The notes beneath the pieces were generated by a model. It ran no database searches and had not been told where the DNA came from. It worked only from the letters and a program-made list of their open reading frames with translations. The translations under genes and the position numbers were made by a program. A stretch of 62,940 bases of DNA, counting the filler, from Octopus bimaculoides (taxonomy: Eukaryota), in assembly GCF_001194135.2 (NCBI RefSeq). It is 5 parts of 4 records of this genome, joined end to end, with 100 filler letters (N's around TTAATTAATTAA, not from the genome) between each part and the next. Parts side by side here need not be neighbours in the genome. Positions count along the whole stretch, not along the records: positions 31,483 to 54,441 come from NC_068986.1; positions 54,542 to 59,843 come from NC_068988.1; positions 59,944 to 62,940 come from NW_026307318.1; 2 more parts are not named here. One strand, 5' to 3'. Below, piece after piece: positions 50,617 through 62,940 of this stretch. Within the stretch, counting starts at the first letter, position 1. Each line of letters starts with the position of its first letter.

Positions 50617-51999
50617 ACAAACATACATGCATAAATGCATACACACACATGTATGTATATANNNNNNNNNNNNNNNNNNNNNNNNNNNNNNNNNNNNNNN
50701 NNNNNNNNNNNNNNNNNNNNNNNNNNNNNNNNNNNNNNNNNNNNNNNNNNNNNNNNNNNNNNNNNNNNNNNNNNNNNNNNNNNNNNNNNNNNNNNNNNNN
50801 NNNNNNNNNNNNNNNNNNNNNNNNNNNNNNNNNNNNNNNNNNNNNNNNNNNNNNNNNNNNNNNNNNNNNNNNNNNNNNNNNNNNNNNNNNNNNNNNNNNN
50901 NNNNNNNNNNNNNNNNNNNNNNNNNNNNNNNNNNNNNNNNNNNNNNNNNNNNNNNNNNNNNNNNNNNNNNNNNNNNNNNNNNNNNNNNNNNNNNNNNNNN
51001 NNNNNNNNNNNNNNNNNNNNNNNNNNNNNNNNNNNNNNNNNNNNNNNNNNNNNNNNNNNNNNNNNNNNNNNNNNNNNNNNNNNNNNTGAGTAGATTTGGT
51101 AGGTATAAATTGAAAGAAAACATCAGTATGTATGTATGTATGTATGTATGTATATATATATACATGTAGATGTGTGTGTTTGTATATGTGTAAAATTAAG
51201 TCAACTATCCAAAACGGAATGGAGAAAAAACATTAAACAAATCAAATATATAGCAATTATAAGAACAAAATTAACGAAACCATGTTTCAAACAATTAGAT
51301 ATAATATTTCTTTCGCATTTCTTATTTTCGTCTTATTTCCTTTGTATATCTAATTTTTCCCCGTACTTTTTTTCGCTTTTATTGACTGAGATTGTTACAA
51401 GAATTTTCAAGACTCATTTCTTCGATGTTATTACAAAATGTCGTTATACTTAATTTTCCATGCAACATTTATATTTCATTCTTTGATAATGAGTTAAATT
51501 AAACTGAACACATTATATCGATGTTTGTTTGCGCTTCGTAACTTTGTTACTTTGCGTTATATCACTCACCATCTCTTTTTTTTTTATTTACTTTATTCTT
51601 CTTCTTCAATATTATTCAAGTTTTTTTTAAATATATTCTGATACGTGCTTCGTTTGTGCATGTGAGTTTATATATTTATATATGGGTAAATGAAGCAGAA
51701 AAAAAACTGTATGTGCGTCTAACATATGCACATTTGGTTCTTTATTTGATTTGTGAGTGTCGTATAGATGGCGGATATGTTATTAATTACGGAAGCACAT
51801 GATTAAGAGCGAAGAAAGTATATAAACAGCAACAATAAAACATAATATTTCAATAAGAATATACGAATGTATCACGTAGTTAATACTGGGACATATGTTT
51901 TTGGCACGGGCTGACATAATTTAGTCAGATTCACCACTTTATCTATCAACCGCTACACAAATGAAAATGGTTCTTCGTAGTCATATGACTGTCAAGAAA

Positions 52000-52765
52000 T
52001 AGATAGAAGATAAATCACCCTGAACTAGACAATATGCAGGCCTAGTGAGGCCTAGTGAATCCTAATGAGGCTTAGTGGTACCATGTGGAAATAACAGGAA
52101 TTTTCTATCTCGAAGTGTGCGATACTCACTTTGAAATAGGTGAAAAGAGCTGATTGAAGGGGAATGGAATTGCCAGACGAAGAGAGAACGGAAGACCCAG
52201 ATGATGATTGCAAGTAATTTGGGATCCTGGAGCTGCACATTATCTTGCACAAAGAAATGAAAGACAAGGTCATCACCTCATATTTGAAGCGGGAGTAAGA
52301 AGGTCAGTCTTGTGAAGGGTGGAGGATTATAAGGATGAATTACTGTCCAAGGATTTGAGAATGAATGAAACTGAAAATAAGTGGTTAAAGAAAAGAATGC
52401 CTGGACAATTTCATAGGGATGTTTAAGATAAGACAGACACAGGAAAAGAAGATAGCTACGGATGACTAAAAGTGTCTTAAAACCGGAAACGGATGCTATT
52501 ATCTGTGTTAAGTGTGGACTTGACTGAACAAAAAAGTGGCATGGACATATCACGAAGGCATCATCGAAAATGATAATGCAAAGATCCTATGGGATTTTAT
52601 GATTCAGAAACCAGACATAGTGTTAATTGAGAAGAAAGCAAACGACGCTGGATCATAGATATAGCATGTCCAGCTGACAAAGTGTACGATAAAAAAGAAA
52701 AGTGGATAGATATAACTAGTTAGTTTGGGAGGTTAAGCAGTTGTGGTCGATGAAAAAGGTGGTGT
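52000..52765 (+). mobile_element. Highly degenerate, internally deleted R4/Dong-like LINE 3' part
   Basis: PGQFHRD...LKPETDAIIC, LWDFMIQ, KPDIVLIEKK, IDIACPAD...LWSMKKVV. Includes a 10-bp x4 tandem at 52038-52077. Confidence 0.7.
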
Positions 52766-53928
52766 GTTGTATATAGTGTATGAACGCCAGGGAAATGTCC
52801 TGCGCATCACATTTGATAGATATGACATAGCATAGTGTCAGGTCACACGGAAAGAACGCCCTTGTTTTGTGACACAAATGCAGTGATGTCTACGTGAGTT
52901 TTTATGTGTTCACATTAAATTCTGTACTAACGATTAACATGGGCCGAGAAGTTACTGTTTTACAGTTTATTCACATGAAGAAAAACTGCTGTTTGAAAAT
53001 CGGTAAAGCATTTGGCTCAAATCAATTGATTTCCTTATATTTTTTATTTTATTTCCTAAGATACAGGGATACAAGATTCTATCATGTACAGTTATTGTGA
53101 TTAATCTTTTATCGTGCAACATAAATGGTACCAAAGTTCATAAGATATAGATGTCTCAAAATTATACCATGTAGAAGAAATATGCAATTGGTTGCAATAT
53201 TTTAGACTGTTGCATCGTATTTACAATTTACATGGACTCAATACCTTCAGGGAATTTGAAAAGATTTCATGTCTTTTGAAGTACGACCAAAGGGATATTG
53301 TGTAAATATCTACATGCAGTAGTTTATCATGACTTTTATACCATCAAGAATCTAAATATTGACTAAGAGCTAAACGTAAATAGGGTTTCCACTTTAAATG
53401 ACTACAATTTATTAGCTGTGTCTCATTGGAGTAGCTCAAAGGTGAATAATGTAAAGCTCTAGAGCTGTATAGCCGTGTGGAATCAAATGAGATGTTTCAT
53501 GATAATATAGGATGCAACATAACTAATTCATAGACACATACAGATTGAAACAACACATGCATCACGCACGCACTCAAACACACACACACACACACACACA
53601 TACATACACATATAGATATGTACGTCTGTATGTATACCCACGCAAATATGTGTGCATGTGTATATATATATATATATATATNNNNNNNNNNNNNNNNNNN
53701 NNNNNNNNNNNNNNNNNNNNNNNNNNNNNNNNNNNNNNNNNNNNNNNNNNNNNNNNNNNNNNNNNNNNNNNNNNNNNNNNNNNNNNNNNNNNNNNNNNNN
53801 NNNNNNNNNNNNNNNNNNNNNNNNNNNNNNNNNNNNNNNNNNNNNNNNNNNNNNNNNNNNNNNNNNNNNNNNNNNNNNNNNNNNNNNNNNNNNNNNNNNN
53901 NNNNNNNNNNNNNNNNNNNNNNNNNATG

Positions 53929-53991
<63 letters not shown>

Positions 53992-54392
53992 ATGTGTGTG
54001 TGTGTGTATGTATGCATATATATATATGTGTGTGTGTGTGTATTTATCTATGTGTATATATAATATTTACTTATATCATATATGCCTGCTTATGTATACA
54101 CATTGATAGATAGATATATTTACGAACATGATATAAATGTTATTGATTCTGAAGGACCTGGGGATACTAAAGCTTGAAAGGAAAATCGTTTCTACTCTGC
54201 TACAAAGACATTTACTCAATTATATCAAATGCACTTAACAGGCTGGTTAAAGGTTACTCTACATTTCGTAAGTTATGCAATGGGCGTTGAACTTTCAAAA
54301 CTCTGCTGTTAAATTCATTTAGTTTACCCATGGATCACAGCATGGGTCACGTTTCCAATAAATAACACACACACACACACATACATACATAC

Positions 54393-54441
<49 letters not shown>

Positions 54442-54541
54442 NNNNNNNNNNNNNNNNNNNNNNNNNNNNNNNNNNNNNNNNNNNNTTAATTAATTAANNN
54501 NNNNNNNNNNNNNNNNNNNNNNNNNNNNNNNNNNNNNNNNN
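54442..54541. other. Artificial scaffold linker
   Basis: 44N-TTAATTAATTAA(54486-54497)-44N. Confidence 0.97.
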
Positions 54542-55978
54542 GCAGTGCGAGTGTCTGGTGTAAAAAAAAGCTCCATTTCGTTGTAGAAGAATGGTTTTCA
54601 ACCCATTTTTGCCAAAGGGCCCCTTTTGACCCTTGGAGTCACAAATGCCCCCCCCCCCAAATAGAAAATATTTTTTAATGTTTTAATATACTACTTATTT
54701 TGATATCAGCAGATAATGATTAAAAAATAAATGACGTCGTTTTACTTATCCGCTTGTACGCATATCTACAAATTGAAATACGAAAAAAAAAAAGAAAGAA
54801 AAACACGAAATAATGAAACGAAAGTTTGGTAATTGCGTTTATTTCCACCACGCGACACTTATGATATCAACTTGTTGTCTATCGAAAGAGTGCTCTTTGG
54901 AAAAATTAAATGCCGATGAAATCATTTGAAACCTTTCCGATTTCCCTCATCGAAACGGCTAGAACTTGTGCAATAATCTCACATGTAAGCTATTGTCATA
55001 CAGATGAAAGAGGGTGTATTTAATAGAAATTGTTGAAATTCATATGTACTTCATATGAGTAGCAAATTGTGAAGGATGGTATTCACTGTACTTGGATCTA
55101 GTTAGTTTGAGTCACGAAATCAGCACCCTTTTAAAATGACGTAAAAAAACTGAAAACTTGTCATATTAAACATACATTTATTATTCAGGATCTATTTTGT
55201 TTCATTCACAAAATCTCCATTTTTCAAAACGAAGTGAAAAAAAATCTGAACATTGATTCTTTTGATGCAGTTTTCTGCACTTTCTCCTATGAAGTAATGA
55301 ACTTCTGGAGAAAACAAAAATTAACATAATTTTTTTTTTTTTAATTCGTCGTTTTAAAATACAGACAGATCGAATCTACCATTCGTTTCTCTTTGTAATT
55401 GTCAAATGATTTCTAAAATACTTCAAATTCAAAATTGTCTAAATATGTGTGTCAGAAACAGTAGTTAAAAATTAAGGAAATAGATTTTGGGGAGGCCTCT
55501 TATTATGACTGACTTTTATTCGGTTATTCTAATATCTTCTGAGATTTATACATATAGGTCTATAAATGCATACAGAAACATACAAATATATATACACACA
55601 CACATACATCTTTTACAGAGTTAGTTTTATATACCCCCTTGTATATATNNNNNNNNNNNNNNNNNNNNNNNNNNNNNNNNNNNNNNNNNNNNNNNNNNNN
55701 NNNNNNNNNNNNNNNNNNNNTGAGAAAATCAAATATTTATTTCCTACAAATATGCTTTAGATCATATAGATTCCGATTAAATTGTAATTCATTCTGAAAA
55801 CCGTTTGTCCCTAAAGAAGTCTAAGAAATTTCACACCACTAGACTTTGTTGTATACATATATGTGTATATATATGCAGGTGTATACGTATTGTATTAATT
55901 ATATCTTTATACTCGCACAGACACATATAAAAAAAAAAAAATGGCACACCGTCGGTTAAGACAATCAAAAGTAGCCAA

Positions 55979-56020
55979 AACTTCACCACTCTTCCAACTT
56001 CACCACTCTTCCAACTTCAC
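55979..56020. repeat. 17-bp tandem repeat x2.5 (AACTTCACCACTCTTCC)
   Basis: Directly visible. Confidence 0.9.
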
Positions 56021-56401
56021 TTTTCCCCTGAAAAAGAAGGCTTTCGTCTACTTGAACTATGTGCTGTACCACTGCACGGCTGTCTGGCTGCTAATATTGC
56101 TGATGAACATGCAGCATGCCACTGGCATTTCACATATAAAGTCCAAGATTATGTGAAAAGGTGTGAAGACCGTCAATTGACTTTCTTCCATAAAAGTATT
56201 AAAGAATTATTTGGAAATTATAAAGAGAAGAAAATGGTAGACTCGGACAACAGTGTTAAACCTTTGACCGTTGAACCGTATTTTCATCTAAAAGAAAAGA
56301 CAGAAGTCCGCAGGTGCTAAACCTGGCTATTAGGTTGGGTGCGGAAGCGATAATATGTTGTTTTTGGCGAGAAACTAACGAGAAAGGAGAGCTTAATGAT
56401 A

Positions 56402-56700
56402 GGGTGCATAATCGCTGTGTATAATCCAATTTTTCGCGCTCAACAGATCCGGTCTCGTTCACCGAATGTCCTCCATCAAACGCTTCAAAATGTCGCAGCA
56501 GAACTCTTGTTTGTCGGTCTGGCCCTGGGCAGCGAATTCTTTATACACAATACCGCGGATGTAGAAAACAAACGATGAGCTTGGTCTTGATTGAGCTGCA
56601 CCTCTGTCATGCATTCTTTGGTTGTGAAGATGAAAGGCTCTAGAATTGTGATGATTGCTGCTTGATCTCAGGGTTTTGAGGTCACAGGGTCTCTGAAGCA
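56402..56700 (-). mobile_element. Mariner transposase catalytic-domain fragment
   Basis: PEIKQQSSQF*SLSSSQPKNA*Q...IKTKLIV / IRGIVYKEFAAQGQT.KQEFCCDILKRL...RPDL...NWIIHSDYAP. A mariner-like TIR relic TATTAGGTTGG lies at 56328. Confidence 0.82.
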
Positions 56701-58996
56701 GACGTGGCAAGTTTAACGCAATATTTCAAGGAGGCACTTTATTCCTGCTCCTTGTCCATGACAAAACCGTACACTACACTGTACATGTGATCAGAAAAAC
56801 ACAAATTTCACAACTTCCGGCGTAAACATAGCGTGTCATTCGCCACACTGCCTCATGATGGTTATTGCTAGCACTCACTGCACCGACAACCGTGTGCTGC
56901 CATCTGCCGCTGCACTAGAGAATAGTAATGTACAGGCGTATATATGCGGTTCTGTCCATGCGTGCGTGCGTGCATGCGAGCATGCGTGCGTGCATGTATG
57001 TTTTATGCATGTATGTATTTATAGATCGATGGATATGTGTGTGAAGATACTAGTGTATGTTTCTACCTCATATATCGTGTGGTATTGTTGATCTTACTTC
57101 AGCACGTATTCAAGACGGTCCAGCTCTCAGTTTCAGTGAAATATGTTCTTGGATATATATTTGCATCATTAATATGTTGTAAATACTTATGTGTTTGGTT
57201 TCTTATGGCAGGCATATGATCATGTCTTGGAAATTTTAAAGGTATTAATACATTGAGTTAAAAGCCATGCTACCGAATGCAGACAATTTCTAATTTCTTT
57301 TCAGATTCGCCAGTTCGTTTGTACATGGGCATCCGGTTGTAATTCGTCTCCAGAAATAAAGATCCCAGGGAACCGGCTGTCATACGCTTTGCGTTTTTGT
57401 TATATGTGTTATTTATTATGGCATCGTCCAGTTGAATGCTATCAGATTCCTCTTCTACTTTCGGATGTCATTTGAAATATGTTTATTTCGAAGCAAAATA
57501 ATGTGCAATGCTTACAACATTAGCGTAGCGGTATTTTTCTGTTCTACCTATTCTCTTATTGAATTGTTGATTTCTTTTTAGAAGTTATTCATTTGCCATA
57601 TTATGTACAGGACACTTATCCAACCCCACTCCTCTTCATGTATAAATATTCGCTTGAATGAGGTCTTAAGGGAAATCACTAAACAGAAGAACAGTTTAAT
57701 CGACATTGAAACAGGTTTCCTGACACGAAGTTTTCAGATTGGAATACATAGTGAAAAGAGTGTTATTGTAATTTTTTTTCCGTTGCCATCTGTTTTGCTA
57801 CTGGTTCACTTCTGCAATTTTAGCACTATACATCAAGCTTTCTCCAGAAGACTACTGCAGTTTTGCGGATTCCGATCGTACATCCACATTAAGCAATGTA
57901 TACAACTTACAAATTGACTAAATGAGTATTTAGAAATTTAAAACTTGGTAGGGAGTATCTCTACAGTCATACACAAAAGACAATTTGCATGGAAGATATA
58001 ACCTCAAAATTTGAATGACCTAAAACATGAAATTTTCATGTCAGTGTTTGAAACCCGTAATCTGATAAATTTTTTAGAGCAGCCCATATTAGTACCCCTT
58101 AAATCGTCGTTGATAATTGTTGAAAAGTACTGCTGTACCAGCAACTGCTGCTGTTGTTGCATATGTACACAACTATGCCAAACAGATTTATGATTATCAC
58201 AAGTATTGCGGCAAAATTATTTAATAAATTTTATAAGACGTAGCGTATGTAAATGTGTATATATTTCATAAGGCATGGCGCATCTAAATGTGTATAAACT
58301 AATGTGAGGTTCCTTTTATTTTTAAGATTCCAGAGTGCGATTTGAGGAATATACGCTTGCAAATACTAGCATGATAATCGACTATGGAGATGTATTTTAT
58401 TGAAAAGTTCTGTATGTTATGTAACATTCTCCTCCACATCTGCAGCCATGGCATGCTGTTGACAATGTGAAATCTACATTTAGCTAAGGCATTATCAGAG
58501 AGCTCTCCGAATACAAGGAATATATTTAGCAAAATCCATTAATGTCAATCTCTTCAGAAAAATCCATTAATATCAATATTCTAAAATATTCACTCAAGCA
58601 TCCAGGAAGATCCATAGAACTTTTTGAATAAAGATAATGGACTTCGAGTTGAATAGCGTATTCATATCAATCTACGGACTGTGGCCATTCTGGAATACAG
58701 GCTTCAAGGGATTTAAAAGATGATATCGACCCCAATATTTATTTCAGCCTCCAACTTCTTTTATAGACTCTACAGAATAATTCAGTTACGTTTTAACATT
58801 AGAGAATGCAACTTAATGAATTGTTTTAAATCGCTTCACATAAAAGACCAAGATCCGTAGAAACATATACTCGTTTCTTCACACACACATCCATCCAAAC
58901 ATACATACATACATGCATAATACATAAACGGACGCAAGCACGCACACACACAAAAAACCACATCTATACGCCTGTACATTTCTATTTGCATGCACA

Positions 58997-59033
<37 letters not shown>

Positions 59034-59843
59034 AATATACACACACACATTTATACATTCATGCACATACATAAAGATATATATCACAGGATTCTGTACA
59101 TTTCCCTCTACCACATTCCATCCAGTGGGCTACAGTTAAAAACATGTTTCCCAAGGTATGTTCCAATGTTCTTGAAGACTGTACCACACCTTCGACTTCT
59201 GAATTGAACCACCACGTGATAATGCTATTTTCTATGTCATGGAACGTTAGCACGCTGGGCGAAATGCTTACCGGTATTTCCTCTCTGTGAGTTGTAAGTG
59301 TTGGTATTATTACCGAAGAGCGTCTGTATAGTAAGTGTAGTTTCTCTGGATTGTTTCCGTGTTGTTGCCTGTTTTATTTTTTGTACCTGTTAAAATTTGC
59401 ATAATAGTTTTTGTTCGAAATCTATTGTGTGCTTCTCCGCTAGTAGGGGGAAACATTAATTGCTGCCAAGAAACCCGTCGTATATATATATATATTATAA
59501 GGTTTTTAACTTTTAAATTTTCATATTCAAAAGAGACAGAGACTTCAAACTCGATATATCGATTTATTCACCACTCTATGTTAACATTTCTGTGCCAAAC
59601 TTATCCAGTGACTGGTCCATTGGATTTTGACATTTGGCACTTATTCAGGAGTGGTTACCATCCGAACAAAACACGAAAAAACACATACATAACGATCATT
59701 AATAAAGTAATAAACAATATTCATTAGAATGGTCTATAATAGCTAGATCAATGCCATATGAGAGAGGAAGAAAGTATTGTTCGCTCTGTACGGTGGAACT
59801 AAACCACATACTCTTCTCTTAGGATAAATTGATCAATAAAGTA

Positions 59844-59943
59844 NNNNNNNNNNNNNNNNNNNNNNNNNNNNNNNNNNNNNNNNNNNNTTAATTAATTAAN
59901 NNNNNNNNNNNNNNNNNNNNNNNNNNNNNNNNNNNNNNNNNNN
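59844..59943. other. Artificial scaffold linker
   Basis: 44N-TTAATTAATTAA(59888-59899)-44N. Confidence 0.97.
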
Positions 59944-60265
59944 GGACTTATTCTTTGGAAGCCTAGTACTTATTCTATCGGTCTTTCTTTTGCACAACCG
60001 CTAAGTTACGAGGGCGTAAACACACCAACATCGGTTGGCAAACGATGTTGGGGGGACAAACAAACACATACAAAGACATACACACATACATATATATATA
60101 CATATATACGACAGGCTTCTTTCAGTTTCCGTCTACCAAATCCACTCACAAGGCTTTGGTCGGCCCGAGGCTATAGTAGAAGACACTTGCCCAAGATGCC
60201 ACGCAGTGGGACTGAACCCGGGACCATGTGGTTGGTAAGCAAGCTACTTACCACACAGCCACACT
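59944..60265 (-). mobile_element. SINE family A, well preserved
   Basis: Minus-strand head GTGGCTGTGTGGTAAGTAGCTTGCTTACCAACCACATGG...GGTTCAGTCCCACTGCGTGGC, body and most of the tail. Confidence 0.92.
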
Positions 60266-60562
60266 CTTTTTTTTTTCATATTCTCTTTCGAGCTGGTAGA
60301 ATCGTTAGCACGACCGGTTCCTTATGGTTTATTATTGTTTATATTTTGAATTACGTATATAGGGGAGTACCAATATCTTGCAAGTGCTTAGGAGTCTATG
60401 GGTCTTCAGCCCACCCGCTATCCAACGCTGGATTAATCATTAAGCACAATAATCACGTAGTTAAAGCATCAAGGTAATTGGTTAAGATATAGACGGGATC
60501 ATTGTCAGTAATATCGGTAAACCTGGCAAACCGTGACGTTTAAGCTGCATGCGGATTGGTCA

Positions 60563-60582
60563 AAATAATAATAATAATAATG

Positions 60583-60616
<34 letters not shown>

Positions 60617-60657
60617 TAATAATAATGATGATAATAATAATAATAATAATGATGATG

Positions 60658-60736
<79 letters not shown>

Positions 60737-61502
60737 TAATAATAATAATGATAATAATAATGATAATAATAATAATAATAATAATGATAATAATGATGAT
60801 GATGATANNNNNNNNNNNNNNNNNNNNNNNNNNNNNNNNNNNNNNNNNNNNNNNNNNNNNNNNNNNNNNNNNNNNNNNNNNNNNNNNNNNNNNNNNNNNN
60901 NNNNNNNNNNNNNNNNNNNNNNNNNNNNNNNNNNNNNNNNNNNNNNNNNNNNNNNNNNNNNNNNNNNNNNNNNNNNNNNNNNNNNNNNNNNNNNNNNNNN
61001 NNNNNNNNNNNNNNNNNNNNNNNNNNNNNNNNNNNNNNNNNNNNNNNNNNNNNNNNNNNNNNNNNNNNNNNNNNNNNNNNNNNNNNNNNNNNNNNNNNNN
61101 NNNNNNNNNNNNNNNNNNNNNNNNNNNNNNNNNNNNNNNNNNNNNNNNNNNNNNNNNNNNNNNNNNNNNNNNNNNNNNNNNNNNNNNNNNNNNNNNNNNN
61201 NNNNNNNNNNNNNNNNNNNNNNNNNNNNNNNNNNNNNNNNNNNNNNNNNNNNNNNNNNNNNNNNNNNNNNNNNNNNNNNNNNNNNNNNNNNNNNNNNNNN
61301 NNNNNNNNNNNNNNNNNNNNNNNNNNNNNNNNNNNNNNNNNNNNNNNNNNNNNNNNNNNNNNNNNNNNNNNNNNNNNNNNNNNNNNNNNNNNNNNNNNNN
61401 NNNNNNNNNNNNNNNNNNNNNNNNNNNNNNNNNNNNNNNNNNNNNNNNNNNNNNNNNNNNNNNNNNNNNNNNNNNNNNNNNNNNNNNNNNNNNNNNNNNN
61501 NN

Positions 61503-61556
<54 letters not shown>

Positions 61557-61567
61557 TAATAATAATG

Positions 61568-61642
<75 letters not shown>

Positions 61643-61690
61643 TTCACAGCAATAACAACAACAATAATAATAATAATACAATGCAATAAG
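60563..61690. repeat. Long (AAT)n/(GAT)n tract spanning a gap
   Basis: Directly visible at 60563-60807 and 61503-61690. Confidence 0.95.
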
Positions 61691-62119
61691 AATAACTAAC
61701 TCTAATTATAGAAATTAAATTAGGGGCTGCGTGTTTGAAATGTAAAAAAATAGTCCTTAAAAGCCCTGGCTGTTTGGATTTATGAGCGTGAAAATCGCCA
61801 CCGCTACCACCACCACCACTGCCGCAAACACCACTACCAGCGCCACCACTGCAAACACTACCACCACAACCCCAACACAACCGACATCATCACCATCACG
61901 ACCATCATGATCACAAAGCTACGATCCCCGCGATCGATCCCCGCGATCGAACCTCGACCGTACTCTTATGACCTCGCACCTAAAGGAAACACTCGATACA
62001 TGGTCGCTCAGACAGCTAGAAATAGCAGTCAAATTCTCTTCAGCCGTAATACGTTCTTATGTATGTATGTATGTATGTATGTATGTGTGTATGTATGTAT
62101 GTATATATGTATATATGTA

Positions 62120-62348
62120 TGGGATCTTTTTTAAAACGGGGGCCACATTTTTCATCAATGTTTTACGTNNNNNNNNNNNNNNNNNNNNNNNNNNNNNNNN
62201 NNNNNNNNNNNNNNNNNNNNNNNNNNNNNNNNNNNNNNNNNNNNNNNNNNNNNNNNNNNNNNNNNNNNNNNNNNNNNNNNNNNNNNNNNNNNNNNNTCAA
62301 AGTGTTTCGTTAATGAAAAATGTGGCCCCCGTTTTAAAAAAGATCCCA
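62120..62348. mobile_element. Small TIR element (probable Tc1/mariner-type MITE) with a gap interior
   Basis: Perfect 36-bp inverted repeats TGGGATCTTTTTTAAAACGGGGGCCACATTTTTCAT at 62120-62155 and 62313-62348. The TSD is not clean. Confidence 0.65.
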
Positions 62349-62359
62349 CGTCACTTCTA

Positions 62360-62853
62360 CCACCACCACCACCACCACCACTATTACCACCACCACCACT
62401 ATCGCCGCCGCCAAAGTCATCGACACGGACATTAACACCACTATCGCCACCACCATCACCACAACCACTAACATCGCCTCCTCCACCATCACCACCGCCA
62501 CCAGCACAACCCCCACCGCTACTACTACCACCATCATCATCATCATCATCACCAGCACCACCATCACCAAGGCCACCACAACCATCGCTGCTGTAGTCAG
62601 ACTCTTCTCATCTGTTTGTACTGTTCTGCTTCATCAACAGGGGGCGCCACCTGACCTAATTACATTCGCCATCATTTCCAGTGAAAAAAAAAAATTAAGC
62701 TTTTACACCGATTGTACACAAAAACCGAAATGCTTTCCGGTGTGTATATACAAGTGTTGTTATTAATTAATTACACACACACACACACATATGCATACAA
62801 ACATATATAATGTTATAAACATAAGTATGTATGTATATGTGTATGTATGTATG

Positions 62854-62940
<87 letters not shown>
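62360..62940. repeat. Degenerate (CAC)n followed by (CA)/(TATG)/(GT) microsatellites
   Basis: Directly visible. Confidence 0.9.

Noticed and set aside
57250-57470. ~65-codon open frame on the minus strand (HPKVEEESDSIQLDD...)
   Set aside because: No start or splice context and no recognisable motif.
58500-58660. LMDF motif resembling a CR1/L2 RT, with a 19-bp duplication
   Set aside because: The following KAFD and PQG motifs are absent; too degenerate to call.

Overview
Eukaryotic, AT-rich, gene-poor draft-assembly DNA. The SINE families and very dense microsatellites look like cephalopod (probably Octopus) sequence; this is my recognition and was not searched. The window is five pieces joined by identical 100-nt artificial linkers (44N-TTAATTAATTAA-44N), with many other N gaps. 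I found no intact host gene, rRNA, true tRNA or CRISPR array. Almost all ORF-track entries are microsatellite translations, gap read-throughs or TE remnants. Recognisable content is TE debris: a near-full-length R4/Dong-type RLE LINE plus three fragments, several mariner/Tc1 pieces (one with two 5' ends), a Merlin/IS1016-like (ISXO2-domain) transposase split by a solo LTR, a Gypsy gag-pol remnant, a Helitron PIF1 helicase remnant, pogo/Tc1-type MITEs and more than 20 tRNA-derived SINE copies. The most unusual signals are the reconstructable Merlin gene, repeated short-range fold-back inversions (up to a 99-bp stem inserted into a SINE), the 5'-5' mariner and apparent (TAA)n targeting by the LINE. 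I see no convincing evidence of a new multi-gene system. All family assignments come from reading motifs by eye, and many element boundaries are approximate.
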